64,000 nt of DNA from Bacteroidales bacterium (GTDB lineage: Bacteria; Bacteroidota; Bacteroidia; Bacteroidales; GCA-2748055), in assembly GCA_029931975.1 (NCBI GenBank), contig JAOZQY010000009.1, positions 8,328 to 72,327 on the forward strand, given 5' to 3'. Of the stretch, positions 21,566 through 29,896 are shown piece by piece. Position numbers and translations under genes: made by a program. Each line of letters begins with the position of its first letter. The stretch's first letter is position 1. The notes beneath the pieces are model-generated. The model did not search any database, was not told where the DNA came from, and saw nothing but the letters and a program-made list of their open reading frames with translations.

Positions 21566-21581
21566 CAAACATACAAAGATA
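21566..21581 (-). promoter_or_regulatory. two adjacent -7 box candidates (TATGTTTG, TATCTTTG) upstream of the lipoprotein gene
   Basis: CAAACATA and CAAAGATA on the + strand, 19-27 nt upstream of start 21547. Confidence 0.35.
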
Positions 21582-21611
21582 TAAGCTTCAGGGGAAACCC
21601 CCGAATGTTAT

Positions 21612-21619
21612 TATATTTG
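21612..21619 (+). promoter_or_regulatory. -7 box TATATTTG upstream of lgt
   Basis: Matches TAnnTTTG, 30 nt before ATG 21649. Confidence 0.45.
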
Positions 21620-21648
21620 TAGCTTTAACAATAAACTAACAAATAGCT

Positions 21649-22521
21649 ATGATCTTTGATGCCATCACCTGGAATGTAGATCCCGAAATATTCAGCATTG
21701 GACAATTGAGTATCCGATGGTATGGTTTGATGTTTGCCTCAGCCTTCCTTTCTGGATATATAGTTTTTACCCGCTTCCTTGCCACCGACAGGCTCACCTC
21801 TGAAATGCTGGACCAATTGCTGATATACATTGCTGTGGGTACCGTTTTAGGGGCAAGGCTGGGACATTGCTTCTTTTATGAACCGGACTACTTCCTGAAA
21901 AACCCATTAGAGATCCTGAAAATCTGGAAGGGTGGCCTTGCCAGTCATGGAGCGGCCATAGGCATCCTGCTTTCGCTCTGGTTGTATATTCGAAAACACA
22001 AGCTTTCTTTTCTCTGGTTGATCGACCGCATTGTAATTGTTGTAGCTCTGGGCGGGGCCTTTATTCGTCTGGGAAACCTGTTTAACTCTGAGATTTATGG
22101 CCGCCCAACCAGTCTTCCCTGGGGCTTTGAATTTGTCAGGGACCGCCTTTATGATTCCAATACCGGAGCCCTGCTTCCCACCGTAGCCAGACACCCGACC
22201 CAGCTCTATGAAGCGTTTAGTTATATCCTGATTTTCGTGGTGCTGTTTCTCTTTTACCGCAAGCGGCATATGAAAGTACGTGACGGATATCTCTTTGGTG
22301 TCTTTATGATTCTCCTCTTTTCGGCCCGCTTTTTTATTGAATTCGTGAAAAACGACCAGGTAGCTTTTGAGTCAGGAATGCAGCTCAACATGGGACAACT
22401 GTTGAGTCTTCCCTTTATTCTGGCTGGTGTGGTGATGATTCTCTGGACTCAAAAACGACCCCGCTATTTCTCACAGGAGCCCATTCCCAAGGCCCCGAAA
22501 AAAGGGAGAAAAGCCAGTTAA
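21649..22521 (+). CDS. lgt: prolipoprotein diacylglyceryl transferase
   Basis: [18 protein letters not shown] and multiple TM helices. Confidence 0.9.
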   Translation: MIFDAITWNVDPEIFSIGQLSIRWYGLMFASAFLSGYIVFTRFLATDRLTSEMLDQLLIYIAVGTVLGARLGHCFFYEPDYFLKNPLEILKIWKGGLASHGAAIGILLSLWLYIRKHKLSFLWLIDRIVIVVALGGAFIRLGNLFNSEIYGRPTSLPWGFEFVRDRLYDSNTGALLPTVARHPTQLYEAFSYILIFVVLFLFYRKRHMKVRDGYLFGVFMILLFSARFFIEFVKNDQVAFESGMQLNMGQLLSLPFILAGVVMILWTQKRPRYFSQEPIPKAPKKGRKAS

Positions 22522-22532
22522 ACAGTTCCAAT

Positions 22533-23339
22533 ATGGAGACAGGTAATTTCTGGTTTGCCTTTGGGCTTACACTTTTCGCCGGCTTATCCACCGGTATTGG
22601 AAGTGCTCTGGCATTTTTCACAAAGAGTACCAACACCCGCTTTCTTTCGGTAAGCCTGGGATTTTCTGCTGGCGTTATGGTCTATGTCTCTTTTGTTGAA
22701 ATCCTTCAAAAAGCACGTCTGTCTCTTATTCCCGGATATGGTGAGAAACTGGCATCCTGGTACGCTGTACTTGCCTTTTTTGCCGGCATCCTGATTATTG
22801 CCCTCATCGACAAACTGATTCCTTCTCAGGAAAATCCACACGATATCAAGCGAGTAGAAGATATGGCCAAAAAAAACAACCGGGACCCCAAGCTGGTGCG
22901 AATGGGCCTCTTTACTGCACTGGCCATTGGCATACACAACTTCCCGGAGGGCATCGCTACTTTTATGGCCGGACTAAGCGACCCCACCCTCGCCATTCCT
23001 ATTGCTATAGCCATTGCCATACATAACATTCCCGAAGGAATTGCTGTATCGATTCCCATTTCCTACGGTACCGGAAGTAAAAAAAGAGGCTTTTTACTCT
23101 CGTTTCTGTCGGGCCTGGCCGAACCGGTAGGTGCCCTGCTGGCCTGGCTCATCCTTATGCCCTTTCTGACTGATAATCTCTTTGGTTTCATATTTGCAGG
23201 AGTGGCTGGCATCATGGTCTTTATCTCCATAGACGAGCTTCTTCCCACCGCCCGGGAATATGGCTTACCTCATCATGCCGTATATGGGTTTTTGGCCGGC
23301 ATGGCTGTTATGGCACTAAGCCTGTTATTGTTTATCTAA
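22533..23339 (+). CDS. zupT: ZIP-family zinc/metal importer
   Basis: Duplicated HNFPEGIA and HNIPEGIAV motifs. 268 aa, polytopic. Confidence 0.9.
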   Translation: METGNFWFAFGLTLFAGLSTGIGSALAFFTKSTNTRFLSVSLGFSAGVMVYVSFVEILQKARLSLIPGYGEKLASWYAVLAFFAGILIIALIDKLIPSQENPHDIKRVEDMAKKNNRDPKLVRMGLFTALAIGIHNFPEGIATFMAGLSDPTLAIPIAIAIAIHNIPEGIAVSIPISYGTGSKKRGFLLSFLSGLAEPVGALLAWLILMPFLTDNLFGFIFAGVAGIMVFISIDELLPTAREYGLPHHAVYGFLAGMAVMALSLLLFI

Positions 23340-24263
23340 ATGCCTGAAAAAAAACATAAACGAAACAGCACACATCACCATGCTGTTAACGAAAAAAACC
23401 TTCTGGGAGCAAGCCTTCTAAACCTGGTTATTACCATTGTGGAGATTGCCGGCGGAATGCTTTCGGGCAGTTTAGCTCTTCTCTCGGATGCCCTTCATAA
23501 TCTGAGCGACACTTTTGCCACCTTCATTGCTTACCTCGCTACCATTATTGGAAAACGTGAGGCCAATCAGAAAAAGACCTTTGGTTACAAGCGTCTGGAA
23601 ATTCTGGCGGCTTTGACCAATGCGGTTATCCTGATTGTAATAAGCGTTTTTCTGATGAAAGAGGCCTGGCACAGAATACACAATCCTGCCCCCATAAACT
23701 CCATTATCATGCTGATTGTGGGAATGATCGGCTTGCTTGCTAACGTGTATGCGATGATCATCCTTAGAAAAGATGCCCGCAAAAGTATAAATGTGAAAGC
23801 CGCCTATGTACACCTGATCGGAGACAGCCTTTCCTCTGTGGTAGTTATTGTGGGTGGGGTGTTGATTCGGCTTTTTAATATCGATTGGATCGATCCGGTG
23901 ATTACAGTAATTATTTCCATTTACATTATCCGGTCTGGCTTCCTCATCTTGCAAGAAGCAGTAAATATACTGATGCAATCGACCCCTGATCGGCTCGACC
24001 TTTCCGCCATCAAAAAAACGGTTGAACAACAAAAAGAAGTGTTAAATATCCATCATCTCCACGCCTGGATGCTTGCCGACCAGGAAATTCATATGGAGGC
24101 CCATATAGAACTGAAGAGTGATCAGAAACTTAGCCAGGTGAAACTGATACAAGAGGAAATGGAAAAACTCCTAAGGAAGGATTTCGGAATCAGGCATATC
24201 ACCCTGCAGTTTGAATTCGAAACGGGCCATGATCCCAGCCTGATACATATAAAATCGAGGTAG
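23340..24263 (+). CDS. czcD: cation diffusion facilitator (CzcD/ZitB-like) exporter
   Basis: His-rich N-terminus (KHKRNSTHHHAV), SLALLSDALHNLSD and HLIGD motifs. It starts 1 nt after the zupT stop. Confidence 0.85.
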   Translation: MPEKKHKRNSTHHHAVNEKNLLGASLLNLVITIVEIAGGMLSGSLALLSDALHNLSDTFATFIAYLATIIGKREANQKKTFGYKRLEILAALTNAVILIVISVFLMKEAWHRIHNPAPINSIIMLIVGMIGLLANVYAMIILRKDARKSINVKAAYVHLIGDSLSSVVVIVGGVLIRLFNIDWIDPVITVIISIYIIRSGFLILQEAVNILMQSTPDRLDLSAIKKTVEQQKEVLNIHHLHAWMLADQEIHMEAHIELKSDQKLSQVKLIQEEMEKLLRKDFGIRHITLQFEFETGHDPSLIHIKSR

Positions 24264-25199
24264 ATGCAAAGAGAACAAAAAATTATTAGAGCTTCCTGGT
24301 GGTCCATTGGGGGCAACGCACTACTGGCTTTTCTAAAGCTTGTGGTTGGTTTCATATCAGGAAGTTTTGCGGTGATTGCAGATGGAATAGACTCCGTGTC
24401 TGATATCGTTTCTTCGGTGGTGGTTCTGGTGGCCGCCAGGATCATAGCCAGGCCCCCCAACATCAAGTTTTCCTATGGATATAAAAAGGCCGATACCATT
24501 GCCACCAAGGTTCTTTCCTTTATGATCTTCTTTGCCGGTGCCCAGCTGGCTTTATCCACCATACGGATCCTTTTGGCCGGAGGGAGCGTGGAGATCCCGG
24601 GCCGTATTGCCATCTGGGTCACCTTGGTTTCGATTGTGGGGAAGCTATTCCTTGCCCTTCTATTAAACAGAACAGGAAAAAAGGTGGAGAGCACTATGCT
24701 CATTGCCAATGCAAGGAATATGCGAAATGATATCCTGCTTTCACTGAGTGTGCTGACCAGCCTTATCTTTACTATGATTCTGAACGAGCCCATGATCGAT
24801 CACATTATTGCTTTTCTGATCAGCTTTTTCATCATGTATGAAGGATTCCGGATTTTTATGAAATCCAATATCGATCTGATGGACGGCATTGATAACACGG
24901 AGGTTTACAACCACCTGTTTGAATCCGTTCATTCGATAGAGGGGGCCCATAACCCGCACCGGGTCAGAGCCCGGAAAATCGGACATTACTATATGATTAA
25001 CCTCGATATTGAGGTTGATCCAGACCTCTCTGTAAAAGAAGCACATGATATTGCAAAAAATGTGGAAAACAGCATTAAATCCAATCTTCGGAATATCTAT
25101 GACGTCATGGTTCATATTGAACCTCTGGGCAACTTAGAGGAGGATGAAAAATATGGCATTACTGAAACAGAAATTAACCAACAAAACAAAAAGAAATGA
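24264..25199 (+). CDS. cation diffusion facilitator (FieF/MamB-like) exporter
   Basis: SFAVIADGIDSVSDIVSS, six TM helices and a C-terminal cytoplasmic domain. It starts 1 nt after the czcD stop. Confidence 0.8.
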   Translation: MQREQKIIRASWWSIGGNALLAFLKLVVGFISGSFAVIADGIDSVSDIVSSVVVLVAARIIARPPNIKFSYGYKKADTIATKVLSFMIFFAGAQLALSTIRILLAGGSVEIPGRIAIWVTLVSIVGKLFLALLLNRTGKKVESTMLIANARNMRNDILLSLSVLTSLIFTMILNEPMIDHIIAFLISFFIMYEGFRIFMKSNIDLMDGIDNTEVYNHLFESVHSIEGAHNPHRVRARKIGHYYMINLDIEVDPDLSVKEAHDIAKNVENSIKSNLRNIYDVMVHIEPLGNLEEDEKYGITETEINQQNKKK

Positions 25200-25930
25200 T
25201 CAACAGAGAGTGGCCCATGTACAGGGTGATACTTGAGAATCACCAGCTCTTGCCTCTTCTGCCCCGTTTTAATCTGAAAATGGGCTTTGGTGAACTTAGT
25301 GTGGATGAAGTGTGTCGAAATCATGGTGTCAATACAGATTTTTTCCTGGAAATTGCCAATGCCTACCTTGATGAATTATATGTCCCCGGTGAAGGGCTCT
25401 CCCTTTTTTCCCTGAGCACCATGGTAAGCTATATCAAGTCAACACACAAATACTACATTGATATTGCCCTTCCCATGGTGGAAGAAAAAATAAATCGGCT
25501 GATGAGTCGCTCTGCCCTTTCAAAAAAAGAGATCAGCCTGGTCACCAATTTTTTCAATGACTACAAGAAGGATTTCATGGCTCACCTGTCCCAGGAAGAA
25601 GAGAATATACTGCCCTATGTGCTTGAACTGGAACGACAGTCGGCCCAGGACCTGCCCGATCCGGAGTTTATTCAGAAACTTCAGACCTATTCCATTCATG
25701 AATTTGAAAAAGAACACGATCGTTTGGAAACCAGCCTGAAGCATCTCTATGAGCTCATTATCAAATACCTGCCACCATTTGAAGATCTTCAACTGTGTCA
25801 CCAGGTTCTCAACGACCTGGCGGCCCTGATGAAAGATCTGGTGGATCATGCCGATGTTGAGGACAAGGTCCTGGTTCCACGGGTTGCTGACCTGGAAGCC
25901 TTAGTATTAAGCAGAACGTCTACCGTATGA
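25196..25930 (+). CDS. hemerythrin-like di-iron protein of the RIC/YtfE/ScdA type, lacking the N-terminal Cys pair
   Basis: Collinear with YtfE: THKYYIDIALPMVEEKI, AHLSQEEENILPYV, IHEFEKEHDRL and DHADVEDKVLVPRV. The N-terminal domain has KMGFGELSVDE where YtfE has DYCCGG. ATGA overlap with the upstream gene. Confidence 0.6.
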   Translation: MINREWPMYRVILENHQLLPLLPRFNLKMGFGELSVDEVCRNHGVNTDFFLEIANAYLDELYVPGEGLSLFSLSTMVSYIKSTHKYYIDIALPMVEEKINRLMSRSALSKKEISLVTNFFNDYKKDFMAHLSQEEENILPYVLELERQSAQDLPDPEFIQKLQTYSIHEFEKEHDRLETSLKHLYELIIKYLPPFEDLQLCHQVLNDLAALMKDLVDHADVEDKVLVPRVADLEALVLSRTSTV

Positions 25931-26535
25931 GGATAGCCACATTCATACTGCATATTGATTCCTTCATAATTCGTTTAGGGCTTGTTTCCATCCTGAATCG
26001 TCTTCAGGGTGTGCGCGTTCTGAAGGAGTTTAAGGCAAACGAATCTTTTATAAGCTTCCTGGAAAATCATCCGGTGGATTATATCATCATCGACCAGGCA
26101 GGATTTGACCGCCTGGTGAATCTTTATATATCAAAACCTGAACTTCTTGAGCTTACCATCCTGCTTAAAGATTCTTCTCTGAAAGATCTTAACAAGGGTG
26201 TGCTGCGAGGTGATGTCCCTGCCACCCTCTACTTGACAGATGAAAAGGAAACCATCGTTCAAACGCTCCAAAACCTGCTGCAGCATCGGGATGATTTATC
26301 CACAAAGAATTCTTCTGAAGATCTTTCTCCTCGGGAAACAACTATTGTCAGGCTGGTTTCTATGGGGTTAACAAACCGTCAAATCGCAGAAAAACTGTTT
26401 CTCTCCGCCCATACCGTGATGACGCACCGTAAAAACATCAACAGCAAGCTGGGAATTAAATCTGTATCCGGACTAACCATTTATGCTATTGTAAATAACA
26501 TTATCACCATTGAAGAAGTCAGTTCATTACCTTAA
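25927..26535 (+). CDS. LuxR/NarL-type transcriptional regulator with a degenerate receiver-like N-terminal domain
   Basis: C-terminal HTH LSPRETTIVRLVSMGLTNRQIAEKLFLSAHTVMTHRKNINSKLG. The N-terminal domain keeps IIID but lacks the DD pair and the conserved Lys by manual alignment to NarL. Confidence 0.8.
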   Translation: MRIATFILHIDSFIIRLGLVSILNRLQGVRVLKEFKANESFISFLENHPVDYIIIDQAGFDRLVNLYISKPELLELTILLKDSSLKDLNKGVLRGDVPATLYLTDEKETIVQTLQNLLQHRDDLSTKNSSEDLSPRETTIVRLVSMGLTNRQIAEKLFLSAHTVMTHRKNINSKLGIKSVSGLTIYAIVNNIITIEEVSSLP

Positions 26536-26545
26536 GCTTAATGTT

Positions 26546-26553
26546 TATATTTG
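26546..26553 (+). promoter_or_regulatory. -7 box TATATTTG upstream of the coiled-coil/GT pair
   Basis: Matches TAnnTTTG, 21 nt before ATG 26574. Confidence 0.45.
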
Positions 26554-26573
26554 TAAAAAATTAAACCATTAAT

Positions 26574-27461
26574 ATGGCTGAAAAGAAAACCAATGTAAAC
26601 TCACTGTACGGAGTCCTGGGCTTGCTGGTTATTATACTGGCTGTTGCCATTTACATGTTACTTGATACCCGGAAAAACCTGGACCTGGTTTCTGCCGATC
26701 TGGCTGAAAAAACAGAATTTTTCCGTGTTGAAAAGGATTCCCTGGAGGGAGAACTACGCGATATCTATTTCAGGTACGATACGCTTGAAACTAACAACAT
26801 TGAGCTCCAGGTGGAGATGAAACAGCAACAGGAGAAAATTGACAAGCTTATTTCAGTACAGGCGGAAGATGCCTACAAAATCAGAATGTACCGAAAGGAA
26901 ATGGAAACCTTGCGCACCGTATTACGGAGTTATATCGTCCAAATCGATTCCCTGAACATGAAAAATCAGGAGCTGATGGCCGAAAATAAGCAGTTGCGGA
27001 ACACCGAATTGCGCCTGAGTACCGAGAAAGAACAGCTTCAGAAAGATAAAACAGAGCTGGAAGAAATCAAGAGCCTGGCCACCACCCTACATGCCTCCCA
27101 GATCAAGCTGGTATTAATAAACAAAAGAGATAAAGTATCGTCCAAAATCAGGTCAGCTGTCAAAGTAAGAGTCGATTTTGTAATTCGGGCCAACAAAGTT
27201 GCCACCGCGGGAGAGAAAAAGATTTCCATGCGGATTATCAGGCCCGACCAGATAGTTCTGGGCTCTCCCGATTTGGAAACCATTCTAATTAACGATGAAC
27301 AAATTCCAATTTCTGCTTCCCGGGTTATTAACTATGAAAATGAAGATCTCCCAGTCTCCATCTTCTGGACCAACGATGGTGAAATTGTTCCCGGCGAGCA
27401 TACCGTAGAGCTTTATTCGGAAAATAAATCCATAGGAACAGCATCTTTCGTCCTCAAATAA
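26574..27461 (+). CDS. membrane-anchored coiled-coil protein, function unknown
   Basis: N-terminal TM (LYGVLGLLVIILAVAIYMLL), about 150 aa of heptad-rich sequence and a beta-rich C-terminal domain of about 110 aa. It has its own TATATTTG box 21 nt upstream. Confidence 0.6.
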   Translation: MAEKKTNVNSLYGVLGLLVIILAVAIYMLLDTRKNLDLVSADLAEKTEFFRVEKDSLEGELRDIYFRYDTLETNNIELQVEMKQQQEKIDKLISVQAEDAYKIRMYRKEMETLRTVLRSYIVQIDSLNMKNQELMAENKQLRNTELRLSTEKEQLQKDKTELEEIKSLATTLHASQIKLVLINKRDKVSSKIRSAVKVRVDFVIRANKVATAGEKKISMRIIRPDQIVLGSPDLETILINDEQIPISASRVINYENEDLPVSIFWTNDGEIVPGEHTVELYSENKSIGTASFVLK

Positions 27462-27476
27462 ACTTTTCTGTGCTGC

Positions 27477-28772
27477 ATGAACATCGGGATTATTATCGGG
27501 CGAATTGGTGGCGTTGACGGGGTAGCTCTGGAAACCGAAAAATGGATCGATGTCCTGAAGCTCATGGGACACCAGGTCTTTACCTTATCGGGCCAGTTCC
27601 AGGAGCGTCCCATGAACCCCACCTATGAAAATCTTGTTCCTGAAATGTCTTTCTTTTCTCCCGAAAGTTTCTGGAGTCAGAAAAAGGCTTTTTTCTATCC
27701 AGAAACCAACCCGGAAGAGCTGATTGAACACCTGAATCTCTATTCTAAGGTGATCTATAAAAAAATCATGCGGTGGATTCAGGAACGTAAAATCGAATTG
27801 CTTATCTCGGAAAACGCCTCGGCCCTTCCTTCCCACCTGGAAATGGGAATGGCTATCAATAAAGCAGTACATAAAACCGGTTTGCCCACCATTACTCATG
27901 ACCACGATTTTGCCTGGGAGCGGGGCGATCGCTATCTCTCCCCCCATAAGGAGATCAATGATTTTGTTTCAGAAGTGTTCCCCCTGAGGGCTCCCAATTC
28001 GGTACACGCAGTAATTAACAGTCACGCTGCCAGCACATTAAATGAGCGATTTGGCCGCGAAGCAGTGAATGTTCCCAATGTGATGGACTTCAATCAGACC
28101 TTCGGAAGCCGGAATCAAAAGAACGAAAATCTGGCCGAACATATGGGCTTCAACAAAACCGATCTCTTCCTGTTTCAGATCACCCGTATTGTAAGGCGCA
28201 AAGGTATCGAATCGGCCATCCGGCTGATTCATAAGCTGAATGACAAAAAAGTGAAACTTATTATTACCGGCAACTATGCAGATGATGCCGGAAGCGCTTA
28301 CTATAATGAACTGGTAAATCAGATTCATGAGTTGAAGCTGGGCAATCAGATTCGCTTTGCACATCACCTCTTTCACAATAAGGGCCTTTCCAACGGGAAT
28401 GGAGAAGTTCGATTCTCTTTATCAGATGCCTATGCCCAGGCAACAGCCTGTACTTATTTCAGCACCTATGAAGGTTTTGGAAATGCTTTTGTGGAAGCGG
28501 TTCTGGCCAGACGACCCATATTTGTTAACAATTATCGACCCGTCTATTTGCCCGACATCGGGAGCAAAGGATTTCGAACGGTCATGATCGAAAACGGAGA
28601 ACTTACCGATGATGCAGTTAGCGCCATGGCGGAAATCATCTATGATCCTGCACAGGCTTCGGAAATCGCCGAATACAATTTCGGCCTGGGTAAAAAATAT
28701 TTCAGTTTTGACACCCTTCGGGAAAAACTGGAAGTGTTGATCGACCTGGCCAAAACTGCAGCCGGAACCTAA
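27477..28772 (+). CDS. GT-B fold (GT4-like) glycosyltransferase, cytoplasmic
   Basis: Glycos_transf_1-type motif STYEGFGNAFVEAVLARRPIF and the nucleotide-sugar half FQITRIVRRKGIESAI...KLIITG. No signal peptide. Confidence 0.8.
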   Translation: MNIGIIIGRIGGVDGVALETEKWIDVLKLMGHQVFTLSGQFQERPMNPTYENLVPEMSFFSPESFWSQKKAFFYPETNPEELIEHLNLYSKVIYKKIMRWIQERKIELLISENASALPSHLEMGMAINKAVHKTGLPTITHDHDFAWERGDRYLSPHKEINDFVSEVFPLRAPNSVHAVINSHAASTLNERFGREAVNVPNVMDFNQTFGSRNQKNENLAEHMGFNKTDLFLFQITRIVRRKGIESAIRLIHKLNDKKVKLIITGNYADDAGSAYYNELVNQIHELKLGNQIRFAHHLFHNKGLSNGNGEVRFSLSDAYAQATACTYFSTYEGFGNAFVEAVLARRPIFVNNYRPVYLPDIGSKGFRTVMIENGELTDDAVSAMAEIIYDPAQASEIAEYNFGLGKKYFSFDTLREKLEVLIDLAKTAAGT

Positions 28773-29896
28773 TCCATAAACAGAGCCCTCAGTATATGAT
28801 CGGTAATCAACCAATGATTGGGATCGATGGCTACCCTCCCGCCAGATCTGTACATACTGCCGATCTCAATATATGAGCGAGCCTCCTTTTCAAAATGCCC
28901 ACTAAATTCTGGCCCAAACTGCTTCTCCATAAATACAGGATCGCACCCCCACCTGGTTCTTAATGAAGTAATCAGATAGTCGTGATATTGTTCCCGGATG
29001 GAGAGCTTTTCGCTTTCGCTAAAGTTTTTTCCTGCAGCCACACCTTCCATATAAGCCTTCAGGGAGGAGATGTTCCAGCTTCTTTTCTCCCCGTCAAAAG
29101 AGTGAGCCGATGGCCCAAATGCCAGATAGGGAAAGCCTGACCAATAGAGCATATTATGCTCTGACACCCTTCCCTCGCGTGCAAAATTAGACAATTCATA
29201 ATGTTCAAATCCGGCAGAAAGCAGAGCCTTCCTCAGAATCCGGTACTTTTCCACACTTTCATCCTCCGTCACGGGAGTGAGTCTTCCCCTCTTTCTCCAG
29301 TGATCAAACACCGTTCCTGGTTCAAAAGTGAGGTGATAGGCTGAAATATGAGAGATCGGCAATAGAAGGGTCCTCTCAATATTTTGCTTCCATTCCCGGG
29401 TAGTTTGTTCCGGAATACCGTAAATCAAATCTATGCTTATGTTACTAAATCCAGCCTCGGCCGCCAGCCTGACCGAGGCTTCTGCCTGGTTTGCATCATG
29501 AGACCGGCGCATTATTTTCAGGTCTTTTTCCTGAAAGGATTGTATCCCTATACTTAAACGATTAAACCCAATTTGTTTCAGTTTTTTAACTGTGTTGTAA
29601 TCCAGGTCGTCCGGATTACACTCCATGGTCCATTCAGGATTATCCCGAAAACTGTAGTACCGGTTAATTGCTTCAAGGATTTTCTCCAGGTGTGAAATAG
29701 TTAATACAGAAGGAGTTCCTCCCCCCAGGTAAAGGGTATCCAGGGACACGCCCGGATTCAGAGCTCCTTTGATTCTGATCTCCTCCACCAGCCGGTTTAC
29801 AAATTCATCCCTGTACTGCAGGCTCACCGAAAAATAAAAATCGCAATACCTGCAGGCCTTCCGGCAAAAAGGTATATGGATATAAATACCACTCAT
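28769..29896 (-). CDS. hemW: radical SAM heme chaperone HemW (HemN-like, oxygen-independent coproporphyrinogen oxidase family)
   Basis: IHIPFCRKACRYCDF (CxxxCxxC), GGGTPS and a HemN C-terminal region. ATGA overlap with the upstream 1387-aa gene. Confidence 0.9.
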   Translation of the reverse strand: MSGIYIHIPFCRKACRYCDFYFSVSLQYRDEFVNRLVEEIRIKGALNPGVSLDTLYLGGGTPSVLTISHLEKILEAINRYYSFRDNPEWTMECNPDDLDYNTVKKLKQIGFNRLSIGIQSFQEKDLKIMRRSHDANQAEASVRLAAEAGFSNISIDLIYGIPEQTTREWKQNIERTLLLPISHISAYHLTFEPGTVFDHWRKRGRLTPVTEDESVEKYRILRKALLSAGFEHYELSNFAREGRVSEHNMLYWSGFPYLAFGPSAHSFDGEKRSWNISSLKAYMEGVAAGKNFSESEKLSIREQYHDYLITSLRTRWGCDPVFMEKQFGPEFSGHFEKEARSYIEIGSMYRSGGRVAIDPNHWLITDHILRALFMD

